Origin: Podarcis pityusensis
Lineage: Eukaryota
NCBI GenBank assembly: GCA_964106645.2
Contig: OZ067045.1
Reading direction: 5' to 3' (one strand)
DNA: 64,000 nucleotides
Position numbers and translations under genes: made by a program. Below are positions 12,746 through 24,952 of this stretch, piece by piece. The stretch's first letter is position 1; each line of letters begins with the position of its first letter. The notes beneath the pieces were generated by a model, which ran no database searches, was not told the DNA's origin, and saw only the letters and a program-made list of their open reading frames with translations.

Positions 12746-15723
12746 AGGATGCAAGGATTCGTCCATTAACTCACAAACTCTGGCAACAGGGAAGAACCCA
12801 CAGTTAAAAGAGTGGGATTATTAACAGGAGCCTCCCAGCTGAAATAACCAATTCCACTCGAAGAGTAACATAGTAGCAGAGACCAAGGCTTTAGATTCTG
12901 CGGTGACTTCAGCAAAAGTCCAGAGGCAACTAAGCCATTTTTAGAAGCAGAGTGGTGGGAGGGCAGAGATTCGTTCCGCTTCTTCTCCCAGAGGCAGCCT
13001 TGAGCAGGTGGGTCAATAAAGAGAAATATCGAGTGCATTGTATATAGCTGCTCCAGTGCAAAACTCCCCATTTGCATGAAGCTGTAAAAGGGCCAGTCTT
13101 GACATGAGTCTTGAGGAGATGTACCAGCAGGACTAGTGTAATGAGGGGGAGGAATGGCATGTGGCTGTAGAACTGGATCCTGGGGGAGGGCCCAGCAGTT
13201 CAGGAGGCACTGCTCTAGATGTTGAGGAGGAGCCATGTGGGCTGTCAAAGAAAAGTCTTGCCTCAAGTCCTGTCAGCAGAGAAGCCACCTGATGCAACTC
13301 TGCTGCCCCCTCCCATCATCAAAGCGCTTCCTGTCCCCAGGAAGGCACCTGAGGCTAAATCAGACAGTGAGCTGACCACTCCAACTCTGCCTCTGTCTCC
13401 AAGGATGTGGCCGACCTAGCCCACTCACAGGAGTGCCTTTTTGCTTTCTCAGTCCCAAAGCTTGGCTCACCAACCAAGCAAATGACTGTGCCTGCACTAC
13501 TATTCAGAAGTAGAGCTCAGGACATGTGTCAAGTGTTGGAATGTCTTAGCTTATGCTTCACCATGTAACTTAGTGCTCAGATATAACAGCTGGCTTGCAT
13601 CTATGTTTTGGTCATGCAGTGAATTCTGGATTAAAGCCTTTGGCAACTATTGATCAGAGAGTCCAAGTACTGCGCCCTCAAATAGGAGCCAGGACAGGTC
13701 TATGTGGTAGTGGTGATGGTGGAGAGGCAACAGCCAGATGTCCTTATCTGATCCTTTACACAAGTGATGGAAAAGGATGAGAGAGACTAAATGCCAAGAG
13801 TGCCCAGACCTGATGGGCTGAAATCCAGGTTACAGATGGTGGCCGTCACAATTCCTAACAACCCCCCTGGCAGCCTCAAGGGTCCTCCATGCTAAAGCAG
13901 TCCAAGCAAATGCAGCAAATGTCAACCCCCCCAAACCAGCAGCCTACACTGTGCCTCAGCAATTTTGTTTAAATCAGAACAGCTATAATGCTTTTCCAGC
14001 TTTACGTAGAGTTGGCTAGAGATTATTATACTGTATAGAAATTAACATTTTTAAAAAAAAAAATCAATTTGTCAAATGAAAAGGTGATGGCATTGGGGAG
14101 TTGAGTGACAAAGGAGGCTGCTTGGCTTCAGAAAAGCACGTGGGGAGAGGGAAAGAGAAGAAAGAGACCAACGAAGAGAACACCAGCTGCCTAAGCAGCA
14201 TAAGCATTTGAGTTACCCAAAACACTATAATCGGCTAAAGAGAAAATTATACAAACCAGTAAGCACACAAAGCAAAGCCTTTAATATTGATTCATGTTTT
14301 CAATATTTCATGAGAGGCATCTTCCTCTGAATAGAACTGACGTGAGAGGAAATGCTTGGCCAGTTCAGAGAGCTACAGACGAGAGTAAAGCCACAGAACC
14401 TCCACCTCTCCTTCACAGAAGCTTGGAAGCAGGGCCCAAGACAGGAAAAGGGCAACCTTTCCTGTTCCACAGGGCAAATCCTTATCAAGATCAGCTTTAC
14501 AGGCCAAAGTTGACCGGTGGCTTGTCTTGCCCATCAGTCAGAGTGCTTTATGTGGGGTTCCTGCTTGGGACGTTGTTGGCCCCATGTTCCAAGCACAGGT
14601 CATTGTTTCTTCCCTCCCTACCACTGATGGCTGCAGTTTGCTGATGTTGTTCGAGAAAGGTATTTGATTCTCCCCTCTCTGCCAGTTGACGGGGATAGAA
14701 GAATCAAGGCTGCTTAGTACTGGGTTCAGGTGCATGAAAGAGCTCTCTGGCACACCCAGCCCCAGTGCTAAGCAGAATTGCTGCCTCTTATTGGCTGATG
14801 TGAAGGGACAGCAATCCTGCTTGGTCCTGGCGCATCAGAGAGCTCCTTGGTGCACCCGGATCAAGCAGGGTCATTCTCCTTTCAAATCAGCCAAATGATT
14901 GAAAGCTGTACAGTTTTTGTCCTAATGTTCTGCTGCTTGTTCTCTGCCCTCAGAAGGAAATCCAGAGGGGTTTTCAGCTCAACCAGGGCCCATGATCTTG
15001 ACTGTAAAGTAATCTCCCCATTGCTTGGCTCAGTAGGGATCTGCCTGCGTGGCGAGGTCATTAAATGACCATTTTGCAATCACTGCACATTGCGTAATCT
15101 TCATTCCACTATGTAAAAAGGGCAGTTAACTTGGTCATAACTCTGGACTGTATCTAAAAGAGTGAATTTACAGGGGAAAACCTGGTCTGACAATTCATGT
15201 TGCAGGGGAATGGTTTCATGTGAGCTTTTTCAGGACAGAACTAATTTCAACTGCTTTTACATACCAACCTTTTGCAACTGTAAAAAAAATCTATGATACT
15301 AGCATGTAAGGCCCTAAGACACATGGTCTGTTTCCCCACCCCCACCCCCCTTCCAATCTCCCTCTACTTTTCTTCCTCTTCAGACATATATACCTGTTCA
15401 GCCTCCAGCACAGATTTATGTCCCTCCACCCTTCCCAAATTCCTTAGGATTCTTAAAAACTTCTCTCCCCAGTTGTCAGGGAGAAGCTTCATGGCTGTTG
15501 TATGGGCCAGATAATCAGTATTCTACACAGCCCAGATTCTGCTGGAAACAGAAAGGACTGTTGCTCCCGGCCTTGATTCAGTTTTGAAATGTGTATATCT
15601 GTCCTACAAGGGGAAAGTGTGGCTCCACCGTGGGCTTAATGTATGTATGTCTACCTCTAATCTAATTTTCTACTTCCTAAACATTTAACAGTTGAAATTG
15701 TTCCAGCAAATTGTTCAGCTCAC

Positions 15724-15820
15724 CAAACATGTTCCCGATGTGCCCATTCTTAGTGAGAGGTCTCAGTTCATTTTTCCCCATTGCATATTGCTTGTAGTTG
15801 TCCCAAGCAAACTTCATCAT
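15724..15820 (-). CDS. MAN1C1: MAN1C1 coding exon 2 (start of GH47 catalytic domain)
   Basis: Minus strand reads TCTTTCTCTTTTTCTTGCAG|ATGATGAAG...AACATGTTTG|GTGAGC. The 97 bp translate as MMKFAWDNYKQYAMGKNELRPLTKNGHIGNMF(G), the typical GH47 'MMxxAWxxYxxYAxGxNELxP' motif, in frame with exon 1. Too short to appear in the ORF track. Confidence 0.96.
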
Positions 15821-16099
15821 CTGCAAGAAAAAGAGAAAGACATTTAATGGTTATCTGGATATTAGACTGCTGCATACATAGCCCTTATGAATCGCCACAC
15901 TGAAAGACAGATTAGAAGGCAGACAGAAAAGACAAGGTGACTGGTATTGATGTAAGAAGGCAGGAATTTCTGTTCTAATCTATATTTGTCATAATCAGTG
16001 CCATTTCCATTCAGCTGCAGTTCGGTTTCTGCCACATACTATGTTATACATCTCACTGCCCAGTATTTAATGTAATTTGCATAACATTAATTTCAAAGT

Positions 16100-16158
16100 G
16101 CTGGCGTGCTCTGGTCCATGGGGCCACGAAGAGTCGGACACAACTAAACAACAACAAC
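16100..16158 (+). mobile_element. RTE/Bov-B LINE extreme 3' end (59 bp)
   Basis: CTGGCGTGCTCTGGTCCATGGGGCCACGAAGAGTCGGACACAACT plus (CAA)n tail; 11-bp TSD AATTTCAAAGT at 16089-16099 and 16159-16169. Confidence 0.85.
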
Positions 16159-16697
16159 AATTTCAAAGTTAGGGAATCATCTTTTTTTTAAATAAAAAAG
16201 TCATTAATTGCATATAGTTTTTAAACCTGCAAACAACACTGTGAATGAATCCTATTCACTTGACTGATTTCTGTTCCTGACCATAGGATTTCTCTGGCAT
16301 CCCTAATCACATTTGTACAAGGTTGAGGCATAGCCTAAGGAGAGCCCTGAACTGGATCAAAACTGCATGGTATCAAGCATCATATCTCCCACAGTGGCCA
16401 ACTAGATGCCTCTGGAAATCTTATAAGCTGGACATGAAGGCTGAGGAACTAGGGCAAATAGTGCCGACATGCGACACAGTTCCAGGCCTTACTGATAAAT
16501 TTAAAATGAACATGTCCAGATGGCTGGGCTGGCACAAAAGACTTTGCCACCTGAGTTGCTGCTGTCTCTGCCACCCACTTCTTCTGTGTCACTTGCTGCT
16601 CTAACCCCTTAATTTTTATAATTTTGCCAGTTGATTAGTAATGGCTATGCTAACTCTCTGCTTCCCTTTCCACACCATCCTTGCCTTGTTCTGAGAA

Positions 16698-16902
16698 ACC
16701 TCAGGTTACAAACACCTTGGGTTATAGACTCCACTAACCCGGAAGTAGTATCTCGGGTTAAGAACTTTACCTCAGGATGAGAACAGAAATAGCGCGGCGG
16801 CAGCAGTGGAAGACTCCTAAAGTGGTACCTCAGGTTAAGAATGGTTTCAAGTTAAGAACGGACCTCTGGAACGAATTAAGTTCGTAACCAGAGGTACCAC
16901 TG
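16698..16902. mobile_element. Same MITE family, opposite orientation, one TIR truncated
   Basis: Reverse-complement similarity to 28723-28964; ends TAACCAGAGGTACCACTG-TA. Confidence 0.85.
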
Positions 16903-17197
16903 TAATTTCTCAAAGTGAGGCATTGTAGTCAAACTTTGCTATATCGATTGATTTTGCCTTATGCCCAACCCTGAGGGAAATGTGCCATATGCACAGAGGT
17001 TTTTTCCAAATCTACAAGTCCATGATTTTTAAAAAAATAATGAACTGGGTGATACACAGGGTGAGGCACAGCTCAAACACGTGTTAGTTTGCAATGTCAT
17101 CATTCTGGAGGTAAATCTGGGGCCACGGAAGATGTGGGAGCATTGGTTATAGCATGTTCTGAATCTGTGGTTGGAGATAAGATAGAAATTCAGACCC

Positions 17198-17938
17198 TTG
17201 GGTCTACCAAGCTCAGTTATTAACTACACTGACTGGTAGCAGCTCTTCAGGGGTTCAGACTGTTGGTTCAAAATATATGTAAAGGAAGGAGAATTCCCTT
17301 GTTGCCAAGATCCAGGTTTGGGGCAAGTGCTTTTTGTTGACAAAGTTCAGCACTGATTTAAAATCACAAAAATATGCAGCAAAGTAAAGTAGAAATATAG
17401 ACTTTTCGACCTTTAAAATATGCCCTCCAAGTTCCTTCCAAAGTTTTCCACTCGCTCTGGCACAAAAAAAGATCACACATTTGTTAAGTTAAAAATGGTT
17501 TACTTACAAACTCTCCAAAGGTCAGATTCACAAGCTTCAGAAAGTTGAACAGGGAGTAAAACTTGACTTAGTTACAAAGTGATGAAAGTTCCTAAATCAT
17601 TGGTATAGGAATTCAAAGAGTGGCTTGGGAGAGCCATGTGGTCTGAGCTAGAGCAACCAGCTCAAGCCTCTTGAGCTTCTCAGATAGGCTAAGAACAAAT
17701 GCTTGATTGCCCATTTCTTCCCAAGGTGAGGGGAAGTGGACATAAGTAAACCTGGTAGGACAGCTTACTCTATGGTATTAACCCCTTAATATATTAATTA
17801 GACTTAATCATGTTGTTTATATGAGGCTGACTATGCAACACAGACAAGGGTGTCTCCCAGCCCTACCAGGAGATGCCAGGGATTGAACCTGGGAACTTCT
17901 GCTTGCAAAGCAGATGCTCTTCCACTGAACTATGGCCC
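17198..17938 (-). mobile_element. Squam3-like SINE split by the solo LTR (halves ~17198-17260 and 17841-17938)
   Basis: The left half CACTGACTGGTAGCAGCTCTTCAGGGGTTCAGAC and right half AAGGGTGTCTCCCAGCCCTACC...GGGATTGAACCTGGG...TATGGCCC are contiguous in the intact copy at 8633-8822. Confidence 0.8.
17261..17840. mobile_element. Solo LTR (580 bp) inserted in a Squam3-like SINE
   Basis: Termini TGTTG...CAACA and exact 5-bp TSD CAGAC (17256-17260, 17841-17845). Removing it rejoins two halves of one SINE. Confidence 0.85.
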
Positions 17939-18790
17939 TTCTCCAACAGATGGTTAGAGATGACAACAGATGGTTGGAGTGGAAGGTGGTTTGGAAGAAC
18001 AATGGCTGCCCAAGCTATGTCTACCCAACCTAATTTCTCTTCTGTTGAACAAGATTTTGTATCGTTTCAAAACCCTGTATAACTAGAGGAGACAAAAGGG
18101 TGGTGTGAAGCAAAACTTCACTCAAAGTCCCTTTCTTAAAAGCTATTGTTTGTCTCTTGCTTATATGTTATGCGGACCTGATCTATGCTTGGCTGGGAGA
18201 CCAGAGGAAGTCTCTCACAGAAGCCAGGAGGATCTGCTAAAGAGGAGTGGAGTGTAGGAAATATATATATATATATCTCAGAAAAAGCTGTGTTTGTCAT
18301 GCCTTCCTAAAAGATTCCTTATGGCAAAATAAATTCTCCAACTCCAAAGAGCATGGTTTGGGAGAGACTTCCAAGAAATCATCAAACTGGCCTTCCGGGA
18401 AAGACTCTGAGGCATGGGGTCATTGACACGTATGTACAAACATAACTTTTTTGCTTTCCCTTCGCACGCTTGACTCCAGCTGGCAGGGGAAGTGAAAATG
18501 ACAAATATCCACCCTTAAGAGACTAGAACTGGTCAGTTGCCAGGCTTTTCCCTAAACAAGGCCTCTTGCTTTTGAAAAATGCAATCCAAGGCTACCTATT
18601 TCTCAGAGCTTTCTAAGGTCACAATCCTCAAGCAAGCTTAGTCTGCAGCCAGGGGTACAATTAAAAAATGCATTCACTAGCCCAATTAAAAATTCCATTT
18701 TTTGCACAGTTGCCATCAGAAACTCACAACAGCATGTACGGGGTTCTATGCATCTGCAAGAATGTTTGAATGCCCTTCTCATGCAAACTT

Positions 18791-19050
18791 AAGAAAATGC
18801 AGCTGCATCTGGCCAATGGCTCATCTAGTCCACAACCACATTCTCACAGTGGCCAACCAGATGCCTCCTCTGGGAAGCTCTCAAGAAGGACCTCAACACA
18901 ACAGCACTCTCGCTACTTGTGATTCTCAGCAATTAGTATTCAGAGGCATACTGCAGCAGTGGAGGCAGAACCCAGCCATCCCCCTGACAGCCTTATCCTC
19001 CGTGAGTTTGTCTAATCCTCTTTTAAAACCATCCAAGTTGGTGGCCATCA
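18791..19050 (-). mobile_element. CR1-type 3' fragment
   Basis: GGCCAATGGCTCATCTAGTCC...TTCTCACAGTGGCCAACCAGATGCC...CCATCCAAGTTGGTGGCCATCA. Confidence 0.7.
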
Positions 19051-20369
19051 AAAAACCTGAAGGACCAATGATTAGCTAACCCTGGTGTAACAAGTACCTG
19101 TCAAGAAGGTTACTTCATGCTCGACAACATAATGAAACTCATTCAGCCTAGGGAAGCTCTATCAGACGTTGGTGCCTGCTCATGAACCCTAGAGCAGGAG
19201 ACTAGAGAATCTTCTTTCTTGTGAGAGACTTTGGGGTGACCCGTGAATTTGTTTGTGCCCTGGGTGAGAACCAGGGTGGATGGCTGGGTTCACAACTATT
19301 TTTCAAGTCAATGGGAAACAAAGGGATGGGGAGCCCCGTTTTTGCCGCGAATATACCATTTCAGTCTAAGCCCAAACCAATTTAGCAGCCTTGTAATTTC
19401 AGCTGGGTGCCCATTTAGCCAGGACTTAAAATATGAACTGTGGGCCTCCCGTCACCTAACATGGCATTAAGAGGTTATTCATCTTCTTTACACAACCTTG
19501 TGAATGAATTCATTGATAAGGATCCTTCCTGTTTTCCTATGTACGTTTCCTAGGGCTTGGTCAGTCTGAGGAGGAGCCAGGCTTCTCACATCCAAGATTT
19601 CTAGAGTTCCCAATTTCTGTGTGTGGGTTGTGCTTCTCTCTCCAGCTGTATAGTTTCCAAAACCCAGCGTTACTAGCATCTGGCAGCACTCACTTTAATT
19701 AGCACAGGCATCCAAACACCCAAACACACACACACACGCACGTTACTACCTCTAGTGCTTGGTTTAGTGGGGAGGAGAAAAGAAACTCCACACTGAGCTA
19801 GCTGATAATATTAAGATGCCACCACCAGAAGGAAGGAATTCTGGATGAATAAAAAAAAAAAAAAAAAAAAAAGCTAGTCAGTTTTTGAGATTCAGTGTGG
19901 GATGAATCAGTTTTCAGAATTCATTAACTCTCACAGCCTAAATGTGCTCTCTAACAAAAACACAACCTGCTGTAGAAGGCTTTTGAGTATGCATCACTCA
20001 TATGATGCAGGTATCTCATACCACTTTTTCCTGAGTTGAAATACGATGTTGTCTACAAAAGATCCCAGCTAAGAGGAGGATGGCAAAATTAATGGATTAA
20101 TTAAGACTTGTGAATATGTACACAGAAGTTGTTGGCCCTGGCCTTCTGTCCAAATGCAAGCTATTCATAGCATAAAAGAAAATAACAGAAACTGATTTTT
20201 TTACAAAAGTTATGCCTGGTCCCCTCAATGCAATTTTGTATCTGCCACAGGTAACTACTCAATAAGCTATTTTCAAGGCTGGATTAACTGAGAGATCAGA
20301 CAAAGGTTTAATTTTAAATATTTGCTCCTCAATTAATGGCAGAGCACACATTGAAAAGTGCCTTGCTAT

Positions 20370-20512
20370 CTGACTTTTAGAAGACATCTGAAGGCAGCCC
20401 TGCATAGAGAAGGTTTTAATGTTTGATGTCTTACTGTGTTTTAATTTGTTGGAAGCCACCCAGAGTGGCTGGGATAACCCAGTCAGATGGGCGACATATA
20501 AATAAATAAACA
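20370..20512 (+). mobile_element. L2-type 3' tail
   Basis: GACTTTTAGAAGACATCTGAAGGCAGCCCTG...GGAAGCCACCCAGAGTGGCTGGG...CAGATGGGCG followed by (TAAA)n. Confidence 0.55.
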
Positions 20513-23500
20513 AACAACTTCTTCCTCTTCTTCTTCTTCAAGTCACTGTCTTCCCCACCTGCTGTACCAAAATTAATGGCAAACACATTGGGCAGCACAC
20601 AGCTAAATAGCTGCAGAAGCAGAATAACTCCCACTTGCACTTGCACTCCCTCTCCTCTCCTCTCCTCTCCTGTCCCCTCTCCCCCCCATTTGCTCCAGGG
20701 GGTTGTGGGGACCCCTAAGGCAAATTGGGGGGGGGGCAGAGGAAGACTGGGGAATAATTTTCCATTGTGCTAACAGAACCAATGACTTAGTATTATGCTG
20801 AATTCTACTAAGAAACACATTTTCCTTCCAGTTCCTATTGAAAGCTGGCAGATATACAGTTAAACTAATATGGCCTCTTTTCTATCACTAAGAACCACGG
20901 ATGACAGACGCTATCAAAATTCAGTTGAAAACAGTGCCAAGAAATCTTTTGAATCTTATGGATGTTCTTTTTTTTAAATGAAAGTAATAAAAAATAAATA
21001 TTTTGAATCAGAGTCTGTCACAAAACTAACCACATTTGTTGTTTTTAGGCCATTTGGCTTCTTGTGTGTTACTCTCATAGGGACTACTCTGAATTCCAGA
21101 TTCCTCTATACCTGAAAAAAGTAAGTGTGAGCATTCGTTTATTAAAATTGTAAATTAACTCAACAGAAGTGACACCACAACCTTCCTTCAGTAAACTCTA
21201 AAAAGGTACCAGTGTTGAGACTTAGGTAGCAGATTCATACATTTAGTCCAGTCAACTGATTAGACTGAGCCAGCTGATCAATCAACTGGAAGTATTTGAT
21301 TGGATGGCAGGTTATATTTCATCTTTTGCTTATTTATTTACACCACACTTATTAAAAGTAAACAAGAAACATCATCAGACAAGTCATACAGCAGTGGGGG
21401 AGGAAGTTACCTTTGCTGCAGACCACCCCCCAACCCTTGAAAAATCCCAAATTCTGGAGGACTGGAATCAATGAGAAAGGTAAGTAATATAGTTTTGTGA
21501 TTTTCAGCTCCATTCATCGAAAATGAAGAAGGCGGGGTAACCCCAAATCTGAGAATAACTACTTCAGAGTAGTACAATCAGTGCAACAGTGCTACTTAAT
21601 CATGAAAATGAGGTTAATCAGACATTTTGCAATTCTGCATACTGTGAACTTCTGCAGCTGTAACACCCATTTGCTGCCAACGAGTTGGAGAAGCAAATCA
21701 GCAAAGTATACTCCCTGCCCTCTCTGGGGTGCGGTTAAGCATTTGGCCGGCACAGAGAGACCTTACCCGTGGTTAATGTTAACCAAGAACAGGAATCACA
21801 GTTTTAAGTGGCTAGATCTCAAGGCAAATATTGTTTGTTTGTATGAGAAGCACACCCTCCTGCAAATTAAAACCGCCCATCAAAAGGGTGCTTGTGCCCA
21901 GTAAGGCAACGGTGTGGTCCACCCAAAATGTATTCAGCAGCAATATTTCAGACCAGCAACCTAAAACAGTTTTTGTTCATGTTTGATCTTTTGCCAACCA
22001 AATGGGAAATGAGGCCAAATTTCTCATGTTGTTATGAAAAGGCTTAGCCTTAAAATAAAATAAAAAGAGAGGAGAGGAGAGGAGCAACTCACTGGTCGGA
22101 TGCTCTGACCACAGTGCCTGAAACTCTTACACTTATTCTCCCTTTCTGTGCTTAGATTCACAGGGAGGATGGATTGCTTTCAGCATGTTGCCTAGTGACA
22201 CCAGAGAGCCAAATGTGTTCTCTGATGAGCAACAACCACTACATTTACACTTCTTATACTCTTATGATTGTGTGCAGTCCGCATATTTCAACATCTTTTC
22301 TTTTCTTTCTTTGTCCCGTGCTCCCCTTTCATCCCTGCTACAAGAATATTGACTGCAAGTGTTTATTAGTGGCAAAAATTATTCAGGCTGCTCCAGATAA
22401 CCCAGTTTTCATTGATTTATTACAGAGCTTTAGGGGCTGGAAGAGGATGGCTCTTTTAAAAACCACAACTCAGAAGGCCCCTGATCAAATCTTAACATTC
22501 TCTACTTTGGTAGCTAGTGATTAGAATCCAAGTTGCTGGATACAGTCCAAAGGCAGAATAAGCTTTGTATGGATTCAGTGCTTGGTCAAGAGGCAGGACC
22601 ATGAACACCAAGCAGCCAAATACCACATACTCACCCTCTCTGCTGCTGTTAATACAGCCCTCTATCCGTTTCACTATTTTTCCAGTAAGGGTAAGCAGGA
22701 ACTAGGTGGTGGTTTCAAAGATAATGCCTGATATATTTGCACCCAAATAATCCTGGAAATAGTCAGATATTTTGTGGCTGCCTCGGGAAAGGAGTTGCTT
22801 GCTTACTCTTCCTTAACCCAAGAGAATGGACTGGGAATGAAGCACAGGGGAAATATGGTAGGGAAGGGGGGTAAAATGGGTCCCAGAAAGTAAAGATGAA
22901 AGGGATCAGATGCAAGGAGAGAAGGAGCTCATTTAGTTGGAGCCCAAGAAGGGAGGTGGGGAAGACAAGGACGAGGCAGAGCAAACAGGTTTCTGGCAGC
23001 TCCAAGGAAAGAGGCAAGGGAGGTAGAATAGCCCCAGCAACAGATGTTTTTTTTGGAGGGGGGGGCATCATGGAGGTGGGTCCTGGGATGCTACAAAGGG
23101 CCAAATGGGAGGCAAGAAACCTTGACACTGCATGCAGACTACTCATTTCCCACAATACACTTAACTTCACAGGCTACGTACTATTTTAAATCACTTGACG
23201 AGTGCATCTGTTACAATTCCCATTCCTCCAAAATTATAAAGCCTAATGTTTCAAAGCAAGAGCTTTGTGCCGTTCCCACTGTTTTCGAGGGAAATCATGG
23301 TTACTTATGATGAGACAACTGAAATGGCTTAAAGTTAACCAGAATTCAAAGCAATTAAATTACCCTGCTCCTGGTGTGAGGAAGGCAAGCCGCTAATGCA
23401 TAGAAGGGAGGCCCTTGGGGCATGCGATAAAGAAACCGGGTCGGCGCTAAATTCTTTATCAAAGAAACGGCTTACTGTGGAGATGCATCTAAAAGCATAT

Positions 23501-24262
23501 TGTATAGGTCTAATCTGATACATGGAGGAGTTAAACACTGGAATCCTTTGGTTAGACTTATTTGCAACGGCCTAAGCTATCAGCAGGGGTAAAATGTGAG
23601 CTTTACCACAAAATCAAAGTGACTAAAGGAGCTTATTCTGGACTGTACTACTTTTGGTTGCTGCATTTTTAGTTGCTTCCACAGTAAGATCTCAGGATGC
23701 ATTGTATTTTTTAAAACACCACACTATTCAACTATCTTTACACACCCAGGCTGTGTAAATTAGAAAACGGGGGGGGGGGGGGACCAATGCCAACTCAATG
23801 GCCTTTTCCCCTATATTTTTTCAGAAGCACAACCAAAATTAAGAAAACCACTTTTACCCATCCTCTGATGACTTGAGGGTCCATTTCACCTAAGCACGGA
23901 AATATGCTCGCCCTGCTTCTCCTCTGCATACTCCTACAGGTGACAACAGCAACAGCACCAAGCAGCTGCTCAATATCCACACAGCAGCAGGACACATGCA
24001 GCAAATTAGCAACATCTGGTTGTGTCTTGGCACATAACTTTCCCCCTTCTATGTGGCATGTGGATAAAGTGGTTTGAAAGCTTTATTCAAGGTTTGCAAT
24101 GGTACAGATCAGGCTACAGGTACAGATCACCCACGATCCAGCTAGAGAGTTTGACAGCAACATCAGGGACCCTGAGACCAGCTGAAAAGATGTCTCGACA
24201 GCCAAATACCTCCCGCTAGCTTTTTAAGGGTGAGATGTGGTGGGCTCACTTTCTCCCTATGA

Positions 24263-24559
24263 AGGCTTATTCACACTTACCTTTCCTCTGCTCTTTCAAG
24301 GCATGGTCCATGCCTTGAAGCTCAGTGTCTGCGTGCCCCCCCCCCATTTTACCTTAGATTCCCCTCTCTGAAAACCTGCTCCTTAAAGCTCAATTGGAGA
24401 AAACAACCATCCAAAGAAAACCCAAATTGATGTTTGCTCTGATTGAGCGCTAAAGAGCAGGTTTTTGCTGCGAAAGCTCCATGACAAAACAAACTAAAAC
24501 AAAAAATGCTTGGACACAGAGTTTTTAAATGGGACAAGGGGTAAGTGTAGATAAAGCCC
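24263..24559. mobile_element. Harbinger-type MITE (second family)
   Basis: Termini GGCTTATTCACACTTACC / GGTAAGTGTAGATAAAGCC, TGA on both flanks, internal AAAACCTGCTC / GAGCAGGTTTT. Confidence 0.65.
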
Positions 24560-24744
24560 TGAGACTTCTCCATGGGGTGTGACTCTGTACTCAGCTGTGG
24601 AGGCAGCACAAACTTATTGGCAATGGGGTGGGGGTCAGACCCTGGGCTCATCCTCCAGCTGCAGGACAAGAGCCAGTGGGACTGCCTCCCCTTCCTTGGC
24701 CTCTTTCTCATTCTGCTCACTGTTGAGTGTCCTCGTCATCTGAC

Positions 24745-24952
24745 AGCAACTGCAACCCCAGCCCCGAGCTCACAGCACAGTGTTGGAGGCAGCCCACCTC
24801 TGAATACAAGTTGCCGGGTATCAAAAGGGAAGAGAGTGCTGTTGTGCTCAGGTTCTGAATGTGTGCTTTCCATGCGCTTCTGGATGGCCATTGTGAGCAC
24901 AAGACTAGGTGGGCCTTTGGCCTGAACCATCTGGGCTCTTCTTCTTGCTCTT
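24745..24952 (+). mobile_element. CR1-type 3'UTR fragment
   Basis: TCTGAATACAAGTTGC...AGAGTGCTGTTGTGCTCAGG...GACTAGGTGGGCCTTTGGCCTGAACCA...GCTCTTCTT. Confidence 0.65.

Larger units (their letters stand above)
1..15723 (-). other. MAN1C1: MAN1C1 intron 2 (partial, continues beyond window start)
   Basis: Starts at donor GTGAGC (15723). No exon encoding the expected next GH47 motif (G-A-T-x-x-D-S/A-L-D-T-L) was seen in 1-15723. Confidence 0.8.

Noticed and set aside
12766-13266. 166-aa minus-strand ORF
   Set aside because: Non-ATG start, no GH47 or other recognisable motif, no convincing splice sites.
18166-18428. Segment with TA-run and AATAAA resembling an LTR
   Set aside because: Termini are not inverted and no TSD was found.
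19086-19492. TGTAA...TTACA-bounded segment resembling a solo LTR
   Set aside because: Flanks (CCTGG / CAACC) are not a TSD.
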